Shown piece by piece: positions 1-11,981 of a stretch of 64,000 bases of DNA. The stretch covers positions 2,656,059-2,720,058 of the forward strand of contig CM119270.1 of NCBI GenBank assembly GCA_051294375.1. Reading direction: 5' to 3'. Every line of letters starts with the position of its first letter. Within the stretch, counting starts at the first letter, position 1. Source of the stretch: Paraspadella gotoi. Taxonomy: Eukaryota; Animalia; Chaetognatha. The position numbers were made by a program, and so were the translations under genes. Under the pieces are notes generated by a model. That model searched no databases. It saw only the letters and a program-made list of their open reading frames with translations, and had not been told where the DNA came from.

Positions 1-277
1 GACGCGAATGTTTTGTTTAGTATTGTTTTCTAGTTAAAACGTCAATAATAATTAAATTATGGCAAAGACGTAAGAAATTAAGCGTAAAAAAGAATCTATT
101 AACAAAATAATAATAAGTGCCTTTTAGCACATTGTTTCAAAAAAATATTTTAAACCGCGACCGCCCCCCCACCCCCCTAACAAAATCAAAAAAAGCAACC
201 ACAACAACAACAACAACACAGAGCGACGCAACAAAGGTCGTTTAAAAGCGAAGGTTTATATCCCCGTCGCGTCCTTG

Positions 278-340
278 CAGCGCTATACGCAGCGCCGTAA
301 GCAGCGCCGAACGCAACGCTATACGCAGCGCCGTAAGCGA
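278..340. repeat. 12-bp-unit minisatellite (CGCAGCGCCGTA-like, ~5 copies)
   Basis: gcagcgctatac-gcagcgccgtaa-gcagcgccgaac-gcaacgctatac-gcagcgccgtaa read directly. Confidence 0.75.
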
Positions 341-1086
341 AGCCAAAACGAAAACAAAAGAGAAACGATAACAAAAGGAGAGAAAACAAAAAGACATCGA
401 CCTTGATCGAATTCCCCTTCGAGTAACAACTCTATTTCGTTATACATACCTTATGATAATATTTAACAAGTTTTTTGCGCAAAAAAACATTTTTTTATGT
501 ACATATATATATATATTGACTCTTGCAAAGACGAAATTACAAGGTTTTCGGAGCAGTTAGAAAAATAATGTTTAATTAATACAATTTAAATGCCACTAAT
601 TTTTCTCCTCATTTCGTTGGATTAACTTGAAAACATTCATTTCTCGCGGCCAAGATAAAAACTTTTATGTCAATGCAATATAATTATAAATTCCTTTCAG
701 GTTTAAACAATAAAGTTGAGTCACCGAACTGACTTTGACGGCCGAAGACTTCGCCACATTTTTAACGCGTTTCTTAGCAACGAAAACGAAAAAAAAAGGA
801 GCAAGGAAAACAAGACCGAGAGAGAGAGACAACTAAACGCGAGAAAAAAGTGAAAAAAAAAAAGAAGAAAAAGAAAACGATTAAATTTTCCTCCCGCGGT
901 TGATCGACGCATTTAAAAAGTCATTCGAGCGAATTTTGACGTAACTCTCTACGACGACGGGGGGGCGTTGGCGTTGGCGTCGGCGTCGGTTGCGGCGCTG
1001 CTGGCACCGCTGCTGGCACCGCGGGCTGATTTCGTCGTCCTCGTTTGGCTCGACTATAATCAGCCTTGGAATTTACGGGGCATCAT

Positions 1087-1138
1087 CAGCCCCTTAGCCC
1101 GTCAGCCCCTCAGCCCGTCAGCCCGTCAGCCCCTCAGC
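1087..1138. repeat. 8-bp-unit tandem repeat (CAGCCC[C/G]T)
   Basis: About 6 imperfect copies: cagcccct tagcccgt cagcccct cagcccgt cagcccgt cagcccct. Confidence 0.7.
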
Positions 1139-1390
1139 ACGACAGCCCCGTGCCTCGCGGGCTCCTTCGCTTAACTCGCTCCCCCCCCGAACCCCACCAT
1201 CTCCCGCGGGCCACTTTGCTCTCTCTCCCCGTTCTCGCCCCTAAATACTGCCCCCTCGGGGTTTTATCCTCAGCCCCGCGGGGCGGCGAGAAAACAATGG
1301 GGTGACTATTAAAAAAAAAAGGAACGAGGAAATACGACGACGANNNNNNNNNNNNNNNNNNNNNNNNNGAGAGATGAGAGAGAGATGAGT

Positions 1391-1421
<31 letters not shown>

Positions 1422-1509
1422 AGGAGAGAGATGAATGACTCATTCACGAACAATTAGCGTTTCGTGAGCGGAGACCTTGCCCCTTCCTCTTACCAACAAC
1501 GCAGCTCGA

Positions 1510-1735
1510 CCGCCTGCACAAAAGTCCCGTATTATCGACGGGCACCAGGCCTCGCACCAAACGCCACCTCACAAAGGTACTTTACGCACAAACTTGCTCT
1601 CTATATTCGCCACCTCACAAAAGTCTTTACCAACCTGCTTTCGCCACCACGCCAAACCTCACAAAGGTCTTTACACAACCTTTGGCCACCACGCCACCAT
1701 CACAAAAGGTTTTAACGCGGACAACTTTGCCACCG
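1510..1735. repeat. ~45-bp degenerate minisatellite (GCCACCTCACAAAAGGTCTTTAC...)
   Basis: The motif gcca(c/a)ctcacaaa(a)ggt(c/a)tttac recurs near 1563, 1608, 1651 and 1693. Confidence 0.6.
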
Positions 1736-3767
1736 AACTATTATGTCGGCGAGAATACAGCGAATGAACATTAAGATGCAGAAGGTACTTTGTGACCGGG
1801 CATCAACGAGTTTCCTTTGCGACGCTCGATTGTCATCCTATAGCTGTCGCAGACGCTCATACAATACTAGTCTCTTCTACTAAGCCGCTGCCCGCTTGCA
1901 CCAATCGCCACCTCAATGTAGAGAGTCTTTAATGGATCTGAGGAGACGTCAAACCCTACGTAGGATCAAAGCCCCTGCTTCACCCATGCAGGGCCTGAAG
2001 TCCAGACGATCGTCCTGGCTGCCAGATGGAGTTTCCAAATCGGATTTCACATCAATGGAACTCTCACGTCACATCTCGTGTCGCCTCATTCACAAATTTT
2101 CACAACTCATTCACTCTCTCGGCTCAATATCACTTGTCATTTGTCTATCTTAAAGAACAAACCACCCAGATCTCCGCGCACCCCCACAACCTCACCTGGA
2201 CAGAGCCACGTCCCATCCTTTTTAATCCCCAAACCACTTCAGCAACATTCAATATACTCTATTTTGACTGAACTAATCTATAATCTAATCTTTAACATCG
2301 CACAAACTACCACTCACAAGTCTCACCAAAACCTTTTACATCGTTCCACATCACAACTTATCCACCACGATCCACCTCTCCTCCTCCCGCTCTCCGATCT
2401 CTCAGTGCTCTCTCGAGTCATCTCTCGTCTCTCTTCTCTTCTTCTCGCTCTCTCTAGTCTCGTCTCGCTCGATCGCACGCTGTCGAAACGACGCGAGGAT
2501 CGAAAGACTGAAAATTCGATACGATCCTTATTCCCCGGATGTGATAGACTCGTAATGGACGATGATGCGAATTAAGCGACTGAACTCGGATATTCATTAG
2601 TTTAGCTTGTCTGTTATATTGATGCGACGTGTTGGTCACGTGGCCATTGTCACGTGGGTCCATTTACTAGTTAATTTCTTTGATGACGTATTTGTGAGTT
2701 GTCTTTTCTTTTATACATGTGTCGGTAATTCTTTTGTATTATACACTGACAGAAGAGAGACGTATATCGCCAACGGTAATGTTTTATTGAGGCAAAAGTC
2801 CCCTGGCCCGACAATATATTAGAAAAAGAAGGTAATAGTAGACTCGAAGACCGCGGAGACTGACTAAGGAACGGATCCTCGGGAGAGAGGAGGGGCTAGA
2901 GGAGGATGAGGATCGAGTATGACAAATAGAAGTTATCTAATGAAATTCGGACAGACCAATTAAAATCACTCATGTCTAGCGATGAACAAGTTATCTTTCC
3001 CCGACTTAGGACCTAGCTGTGTTTGGGTTATGTCCTCGCAATTCCTCTTACTAAGTATTATCTTAGCAGGACCCGCATTCTTTTTGTATCTCTAGTTTAG
3101 GTAAACTGCCTTTTCATTTTAACAGAAACTTAAAAGTCTCGAATTTCTCTCATTTCAACAACGGTCAGAGATAAAGATTCGAGCCGGTGCAAATCACGAT
3201 TCTGCCCCGCTCTTAACCTCTCTCTCTTCCTCTCCCTCTTTTCCTCCCTCTTTATCTTCTTCCTCTTCCCCTCTACTCCCCGTTCCTCTTTCTCCTCTCC
3301 CATCTTGTTCCTCCCATTGGTATTTCTTCCTCTTCCCCCTCCCTCTCTAATCACCGCGTTAAATAGAGACAAAAAACAAACAAAAAAAAAACACACCACA
3401 TATTCTTTCGCTCAAAGATTTCCGCTAGTTTTTCTCGGTCGCCGCAACCTCAATCCACCGAATTATCAAAGTCGTAATCGTCGTTTATTGTCTTGTTCAT
3501 ACGTCTGTTTTTTCCAAATTCATTCTCTCATGTCATTATCAGAATCTCATCTTGGTTTTCGTACAGTCGTTTTTGAGTTAAGTTTAATCTTAGTTCTGAT
3601 CATGATCATTTCGTTCATATAACTTTAAGTTTAAGTTTATTCTTTTTATTTTTATATCAATTCTTTTTTTCTTTTTCTTTTATTCTTTCTTTCTTTTCAA
3701 TTCTTTTCTCTTCTTTCTTTGTTTTTTCTTTACTATCTTCCTTTCCTATCTTTCTTGTCTTTCTTGT

Positions 3768-3799
<32 letters not shown>

Positions 3800-5833
3800 T
3801 CCTTCTTTCTTTATCTTTCCTTTTCTTTCTTCTTTCTATTTTTTCTTTCTTAGTTGCTAAAGTTAGCTTTATGTTCTTTGTCTCGCTTTCATTCTCTTTC
3901 ACCTTATTCTGATTCCCGCTCTTCAGTTCTCCCTCTCCCTCTCTCTCTCTCATTCTCTCCATCATCCTCTTCGACGTCTGACTCCATCCCGTCCTCTCTC
4001 TCTCTCCGTGGCGTTCTTCGCGACGTATCGCTCTCTCTCTCTCTCTCTCTCGTCTCTCCTTTTCATTTTTCACTCCTTTGTCTTCCAATACTTTTTTTTT
4101 TTCGGTCAAAAAGCTCCCGCGTCTGATGGCCGGATTTTTTTTTTTTTCATTCGATCATTCATGATCCATAATCTGTTTTCAAGGGTTTTCGCTCGCCTTC
4201 TTCCGCCTCCCCTCCCCGATTTTATTAACACAAAATAAAATAAATCAATAAACAAAAACGATAATTTAACTCTTTAAATGGGTACTAAGTGGCATAAACA
4301 TTGATATTGTAGTTCTTGACGGGAACATTGTCGCTTTCCGGTTATAATTTTCAACCCATTTGGCATTCAGGTTACTGCTTTAAAAATAAATCCACCAACT
4401 TCTTCCGTGAATCGTGAAATCTACGCGAAGAAAAAAAATGAACTGTGAAGGATTTACATTTCGTCTTTACTGATGATGAAGGCGGAAGCGGAAGAAGCAG
4501 ATACAACAGCGCGTCCTCTTGGCTATTGGGAGATGATGCGCATCGAATGAGCAGAGAGAAAACCAACATGAACAGGTTTGGGCGGAATTTCATGTAGATG
4601 AAATTTAAATATGATTTAAATGGCTTTAATGATCACTCACATGCCACCGAGTAGATGCTTAATTTAATTAATATATATTAAATATGGCCAAAAAAAATAT
4701 TTTTTTTGTGTTCTTTATGCCACTTCATAGTGAAAATAAGTATTTAATTAATATTTTAATATTTTTATCAAAATTGTACAACGCCCAATGTGAAAAATTA
4801 ATCGTTATTTAAATATTGGTAGTTATGGCCCCCAATTTCCCTCTTACAAGATAATATATTGCGATGAAGCTAAAAAACTCTAGCGAGGTTTTATGAGAAC
4901 TTTAACAGACAGATTTTCATTGACTACAGTCTTAACACTTTGTATCTTAATTGTAACCCCGTAATTTAACTATTTCGTCGTTAATTTGTCGTAAAACTTT
5001 CACGATCACGTTCGTTGTCGATTGTATGCGATTGCTGGCCCAATGAACGGCAATTTATGATCGCCAAGTGGAATCAAGAATCAAGGTAATAGTTATTTCC
5101 TTTTTATATTTATTTCTTTTTATCTTCACATTATTACATCACTTATCGCCGCGCCTTATCCACATATATTTATGCTTGACATGATATTTGAAGCTTTGGC
5201 TTTTTCTTTAATACTTTATATTTTCCTGAAAGAGCCAAAGGTTTCAAATCGGTTTTCCTGCTCGTTTGCAAGTTCTATATATAGTTTTTATATACTACAT
5301 ATCCTCCGCAATAGAATTAGACCATATATCTATATATCGCCCCGATCATACATTGAGACCTCAGTATGAGAGTTTAAAATTTACAAAATGCCCAATTATT
5401 ACTTTAAATCAAATTGAGTTTAATTTAACGAGAAACCTCGACTTCTTTTCCTCGTGGCTTCAGTCTCAATGATCGGCGTCAAAGATAAACAAATATAACT
5501 GACAAATAGTTTTATGAATTTTTAACTTTACAATAAAAAAGTAAAAACAGATATCAAAAAGAAACTAAAAAAAAAACACCTATCAAGAACGTCACACAGG
5601 AAAACGAGTAGTTTAGTTTGCTAAAAAAATAAAATAAAACATTAACAAAGTTAACGATATAAAACTTTAAGAAAATAATTGTTTCAAATAATAATATCAA
5701 TAACGAATTAACATCGGGTCCAAAAAAAAATCCGGATAAATACATATTTCGTCGGGCGACTTGTCTCTCTCCCTCTCTCTCTCTCTCTCTCCCGGCGACG
5801 GCGTCTCTGTCTCTCTCTCTCTCTCTATCAAAA

Positions 5834-8800
5834 GGTCTCAAAGTGTTGAGCGGCGGCGACGTGGTTCTCTCTCGGCCTCTCATTCTCATTCTCTGGCTTC
5901 TCTCCGGTCAACAAGGGATGACGATGACGCCGCAGTTCTTCGCCGACGACGGAAGCTGCTGCGGAAGCTTTGAGGACTTCGAGATGGCCGTCGAGTGCGA
6001 CTCGTTGGCGGACTTTTGCGCGGGAAAGGGGGCTGGGAAAGGCGGCGGAGGAGGGGNNNNNNNNNNNNNNNNNNNNNNNNNNNNNNNNNNNNNNNNNNNN
6101 NNNNNNNNNNNNNNNNNNNNNNNNNNNNNNNNNNNNNNNNNNNNNNNNNNNNNNNNNNNNNNNNNNNNNNNNNNNNNNNNNNNNNNNNNNNNNNNNNNNN
6201 NNNNNNNNNNNNNNNNNNNNNNNNNNNNNNNNNNNNNNNNNNNNNNNNNNNNNNNNNNNNNNNNNNNNNNNNNNNNNNNNNNNNNNNNNNNNNNNNNNNN
6301 NNNNNNNNNNNNNNNNNNNNNNNNNNNNNNNNNNNNNNNNNNNNNNNNNNNNNNNNNNNNNNNNNNNNNNNNNAGTCTCGTTCGCCGACGAATCCATGCA
6401 ACTCAAAGGTGAGGTTGAGCGAGGCTTTAAGATTCAAATTTGTGTGTGGCTTTAAGATCCAGATTTCTGTGAAGTTACTTAAAAAGAAATTAGAAGGCGT
6501 ATTTAAAGGTACCCCACAAAATAGAAAAACTTAAAAACGTTAAAGACAAAAATTTTAAATGAGACCATGAAATGATTCAGTAATAGAATTTATGACTAGT
6601 CAATGTCAACACGACAATATGCCAATGAGATTGATGAACTCAATCTCATTTTCGGTCGAATCAAAAGTTAATCTCTTATAAATTTGACTCCTCAGAAGCG
6701 GCGCAAGGAATGCTTCGTACTCTGGAGACAATCAAAGACAACCAAGAGCAATCGATTCAGGAAGACAAACAGAGATATATCAAAGACAACAGTGTACAAT
6801 CGATCAAAGACAACAGTGGACAATCGATCACAGACAACAAAGACAATAATCTGCAATCAAAGGCGAAAAAGGAAGCAAAGAATGAAGGAAGGAAGGAAGA
6901 AGACAGATTAAGGAAGGAAGAAGGAAAGGAAGGGAAAACAAAGGGCGGACGGCAACAGGAAGAGCTAGGGAAGATCGCAGAAAATAAGGAAGAAATAAAA
7001 AAGGAAGAAAAAAAAGAGGAAGTCCCGGTTTACAAATATGGAACGAATAAGGAAGATCTCGTTAAAAAGGAAATGAAAAATAAAGAGTCCAAAAAAGACA
7101 AACTTCTTCAGCCCGAAAGAGATCAGCCTGTCCATCCCAATTTTCAATCAAACAAAGAACAAATCGATCGAATGATGGAGAAATCCTCAATCATCGACTC
7201 CAGCAAATATGCTACTCCAGAGAAGATTGTCTCTAGCGGAGCAGGAAAAGCTCCTGTGGAGGGAATGAAAGCTCCAGACGAACCGATCGTCCATGAACCT
7301 TCGATCAAGGACGAACGGATGGAGGAGCTACAAAGACAACGGCAACGGCAGCCTCAGCAGCAACAACAGCAACAACAGCAACAACAGCAACAACAGCAAC
7401 AGCTGAAAGCGAAAGACTCGAAAAACGTCGAACTCGTCACTAATTTCTACAAATTCAAAAACGGCTGCGTCGAAGGAGCTGAAGCAGCACCACCTCTCCA
7501 ACACCTCGCCGACCAAATCCCGTCGACGTCAGAAGAGTCGATCAACGAACCGCGACCCCCGACGCCGACAACTCCTTCAACTCCTTCGACGACGCCGACC
7601 ACACCCTCGAATCTCTCGATCTCTTTGTCGACGCCTCCGTCGCCCGGAGGATCGAATCGAAAGCCTCGAGCGGCGATGAAGGCGACGAAGGTTCGACGAG
7701 AGACTTCGATGATCGGCGAAGTCGTTGAGGGATGTCTGAAGGATGCGGAGATTGTGGAGAGTTTGAAGGATCTGAAGCAAGGGTCTTCCGAGTCGAGCGA
7801 CGAGAGTTTCGACGAAAAATGCGGCCAGATTATGTCGTGGAACAACTCGACCCCTGCCCGTGCCGCCGAGGCTAAAGATCGAGAGGTCAGGGCCGTGGAG
7901 ACCACGACCGTAGAGGCACGCACTTCCGAGGTCAAAGGGTCATCGTCTCGACCCGTTTCGGTCGCGGGGATTAAATCGGAGGCAGCCAGAGCGGTCGAGG
8001 CGACAACGATTGAAGCTAGAGCCGAAAAGCCTCGTGCCGTCTCGGCCGTTTCACCCGCCCGGGTCGCCGCCCCTCGATCCATTGAGGCCGCGGCGGTGGA
8101 GGTTCGAACGGCGACGGAATTCGTCCGCGAGCGTCAACCGGCGCCGTTTGAAGTCCAACGCGTCGTCAACGCAGAAGCCGTGAACGAGGATCACCGTCAC
8201 GCCGTCATGATAGAGTTGGAGCGAGAGATTCGGTTCCAAGATGGCGCCGAATGTGGGCGTGGCGATGGAGGTGTGCGTGCCCGAGTCTTGGACGACTTGG
8301 CGGAGGCGGNNNNNNNNNNNNNNNNNNNNNNNNNNNNNNNNNNNNNNNNNNNNNNNNNNNNNNNNNNNNNNNNNNNNNNNNNNNNNNNNNNNNNNNNNNN
8401 NNNNNNNNNNNNNNNNNNNNNNNNNNNNNNNNNNNNNNNNNNNNNNNNNNNNNNNNNNNNNNNNNNNNNNNNNNNNNNNNNNNNNNNNNNNNNNNNNNNN
8501 NNNNNNNNNNNNNNNNNNNNNNNNNNNNNNNNNNNNNNNNNNNNNNNNNNNNNNNNNNNNNNNNNNNNNNNNNNNNNNNNNNNNNNNNNNNNNNNNNNNN
8601 NNNNNNNNNNNNNNNNNNNNNNNNNNNNNNNNNNNNNNNNNNNNNNNNNNNNNNNNNNNNNNNNNNNNNNNNNNNNNNNNNNNNNNNNNNNNNNNNNNNN
8701 NNNNNNNNNNNNNNNNNNNNNNNNNNNNNNNNNNNNNNNNNNNNNNNNNNNNNNNNNNNNNNNNNNNNNNNNNNNNNNNNNNNNNNNNNNNNNNNNNNNN

Positions 8801-9134
8801 NNNNNNNNNNNNNNNNNNNNNNNNNNNNNNNNNNNNNNNNNNNNNNNNNNNNNNNNNNNNNNNNNNNNNNNNNNNNNNNNNNNNNNNNNNNNNNNNNNNN
8901 NNNNNNNNNNNNNNNNNNNNNNNNTCTCACAGCTTCCTTCACAACTTGACAGATTATACGATTTCGCGGAGGCCCTCTTCGTGGAGGACGAGTTGGAGGT
9001 CGTCCAAGGAGTCGCTGACTTCTCGACGGAGCAGCGCGCCAAGTTGCTCGTCGACGGATGCGCGGAAGAAGTCGTCGTTGAAGGACCAGCGATTGTGAAG
9101 ATGGGAGAGGGAGAGGGGAAGGGGTTCGAGGGTG

Positions 9135-9224
<90 letters not shown>

Positions 9225-11139
9225 GAAAAGAAAAGAAAGAAAGAAACCCCCTTTCCACTCTTCCAGCCGTCCGCGCCACCGTCTCCCACCTTCAAGCCAC
9301 GCCCATTCACGTTTCCGGTCCAACCTTCGTCAAGATGCGTCCGGGCGCGAGTCCGTCCAAGGAACGCGCCTTTCGTCTCGACGACCTCGCCGGAGGCGTG
9401 GCGGTGCTGGACGCGGAATGGCTCGTCCGCTGGGACTTGAGGGAAGGCGTGTACTCGGCGGAGGCGGCGGAGGCGTCAGAGTTGGCGGACGAAGCCGACG
9501 AGTGCGTCGAGATTTACGATTCGGATTTTTACGAAGATTTCGAGGTTGGATTTGGGACGTTTTATTTATTTGTGTTTGTTTGTTTGTTTTTGTTGTTGTT
9601 CTTAGTTGATTGGGATTATTGATAGTTTTATGTTGTGGTTTGTTGTCCTCGTTTGTTTTCTGGTCTTTGTTTTGTATTTGTTTTTGATTGCCGTATTTAT
9701 TTATGTCCCAAAAGGTTATTGTTAAGTTAGAGCGGGGCATATATGAATATTTGAATAATGTAAATATTTTTTTTAAAAAATAATTTATTTAAATTTATTT
9801 AAAAAAAAAAAACTCTCTTAAAAACCGAAATCCATAATCTCGAATCTCTATTCTCCAGGGTGTGCCGGAATTGGAGCCAACCTCCGCGGAACGCGTCTTC
9901 GGCGACGAAGCGCACCTGGTGACGATCGAAGGCCCGGAGCTCGTGGACAGCGACGTCCTCGACTTTTCGGTGGAAACCTTCGCCGCCGTCGACTCAGTCT
10001 TCAGACTCGATCTCAGCAGATACGACCTTCAGGTGACGAGGAGTTTGGGGGAGTTGTAGCGACGCAAATGACGAAGACGACGACAAAGACGACGACAAAC
10101 CGACGCCGGTGACCTTACCATTCACCACTGGTGAATCTCACCACTCAACCATGCAATATTTGAAAAAGTCGACGGACATATTGAGAAAATATTGACAGAC
10201 AGACAGACCGTGCGGCTGGTTGTAAATTATAAAACTTTTTTCGTGAAGATTTTAAAAATGTGGAACTTGTGGCGATAAAAGGACAGAAGCTTAAAGAAAT
10301 GCTGAAAGATTTAAGCCGGCCGCTGGAAAGTTAATGTTGATACGATCCCCCGACACTAAAGCTAAATTGTCGAATGAAAAATAAATCTTGTGGCAGTCTC
10401 GAACGTGCAACCTTTTCTACTGACGTTAAACTGATGATCGTTCTCTCTCTCTCTCGATCTCTCTCTCTCTCTATCTCTCTCCTCTCTCTCTCTCTCCAGG
10501 TCCACGAACGCCCTCTCCCGGAAATCCTCGTCGCTCCAGAGGCTCCACCTTCTCCGCCGTCGTCTTCGTTGGAGGATGTGGACGAAGGAATCGGGGAGGA
10601 AGATCGAGAGCGACTCTCGGAACTGACGGGGGCGTCGATGTTGGCCACATTGAAGGAGGCGGAGAGGTGCATGGGATGTTGTTTGTGGAAAAGATGTGTT
10701 TGGTGGGAAAGTTGGAAGAATTTTGTTGTTATAGATTCTATTAAGTTTTTAATTATTTATACTATAAGGCAACAAGGTTAATTTTAGATTCAGCTTTGTT
10801 TTCTAAATTTCAAAATTTAGCTATTCGCCATTTCTTCCTTCAAGCCATCTTCTCTCAAGCCCCAACTCTCTCGTCCACAGGGAAGACTCTAGCGACGAAG
10901 GCCCCATCGATTTGGAGGCCTTGAAGGCGGAGATCATCGCCAAGGCCAAGAAGCCCAGTCGAGGGAAGCCCACTGGGCTCAAGCCGGGCAAGAAACCCAA
11001 GAAGATGGTCGGTCCGTCGGGCAAACCGGAGAATACCGACAAAACGTGAGTGTCGGGTTTAGGACGGGAAAAGATGTCCTTTTGAAATGAAATTAATTAG
11101 TATTTATTGTTTTAATTTTACAGGAATTATTTCAGTTGA
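5834..11139 (+). CDS. Large acidic, low-complexity protein of unknown function (multi-exon, interrupted by two N gaps)
   Basis: Phase-consistent exons: 5834-gap-6408 (G|GTGAGG), 6697-gap-9131 (G|GTGAGA), 9267-9544, 9859-10032, 10500-10665, 10880-11044, 11124-11139 (TGA). Possible start ATG 5918 (MTMTPQFF). Contains a polyQ run, a P/T/S-rich stretch, QSIKDN repeats and RAVExTTVEAR repeats. I recognise no domain. Confidence 0.65.
6565..6658 (+). repeat. ~95-bp dispersed repeat with internal hairpin, copy 1 (copy 2 inverted at 57568-57660)
   Basis: atttatgactagtcaatgtcaacacgacaatatgccaatgagattgatgaactcaatctcatt is the near-exact reverse complement of the 57568-57660 sequence. Hairpin AATGAGATTGA-tgaac-TCAATCTCATT. 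Confidence 0.7.
9134..9246. repeat. (GAAA)n microsatellite filling a GT-AG intron (9132-9266)
   Basis: Perfect GAAA run. It produces the spurious KKER/FFLS ORF translations. Confidence 0.9.
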
Positions 11140-11825
11140 CGTCGGAATCCCTTCCCCTTCTTTTTATATTTGTTATTTTACTAACAAAAATTGTATTAAA
11201 ATGTGTTTGATACGTTAATACGTTGCTTATAAAAAAAAATAATAAAATTTTCTCGATTTTTTTTTTAAACTGGAACGGTGAAAGGACAAACTATTGCTAC
11301 AAATTACTCAGTTGAGCTAAAATTGAGTAAAAATCGTTTTTAGAAAAGCTCGCTAGATTGTAAGCGGAAGTAGCTTCTTAGAATAAAAACGAAAAATGCG
11401 TAAGAAAAAGAATAGAGAATTAAATTTATCTCGGGTGAAAAAGTGAAAGAAATTTGGCGGAAAAATAAAATGATGAAACAAGGATTCAAGTTTTTGTGGA
11501 GTTTGAAGAATGACGGGGAGGAATGTTCGGCAGCGTCGACGGTAAGGTTACGAGGATCCTCACCCTTTTTTAAGATATTAGCGTCGAACATTAGTTAATG
11601 TTAACAAATGAGTTCTATAGCCATTAGCTCTTGACCCAAACGTTTCAAATTCGACTTCAGGCCCTGGGGAATCTTGAAAATATTTGGTACGGTTGTAGTG
11701 ACCTCGCAAGCTTGCTTCAATTCCCCGATCAAGCTCCTATTCTTATTATAAATGTGAAAATAAAAGTAACCGAGGTCTGTCTCGATCGAGCGCCCTTGAT
11801 GGCCCCGTTTCGCATCCCTACCTGG

Positions 11826-11837
11826 GCCGCCATTTTG
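11826..11837. promoter_or_regulatory. YY1-type motif GCCGCCATTTTG upstream of the OMA1-like gene
   Basis: Matches the CCGCCATNTT consensus, ~150 bp upstream of the candidate ATGs at 11958/11982. Confidence 0.4.
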
Positions 11838-11981
11838 AAAAAATCACTTCGGCGAATATTAAGTTTTATTCGAAAAGCTTTGGATAANNNNNNNNNNNNN
11901 NNNNNNNNNNNNGATAAAAACTGCCAATTACTTGCTGAGGAAAACACGTTCCCTAGAATGATTGATCATTACTTGTTAAGA

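Noticed and set aside
1510-1735. CRISPR-like spaced repeats
   Set aside because: Degenerate minisatellite without unique spacers, in eukaryotic DNA with no cas genes.
3130-4240. ORFs rich in ER/SL/KKER
   Set aside because: Translations of (GA)n, (CT)n and (CTTT)n microsatellites. The same applies to similar ORFs throughout the window.
6710-9622. 970-aa single ORF in the track
   Set aside because: It runs through an N gap and an in-frame (GAAA)n intron (9132-9266), and past the donor at 9545. It is not one exon.
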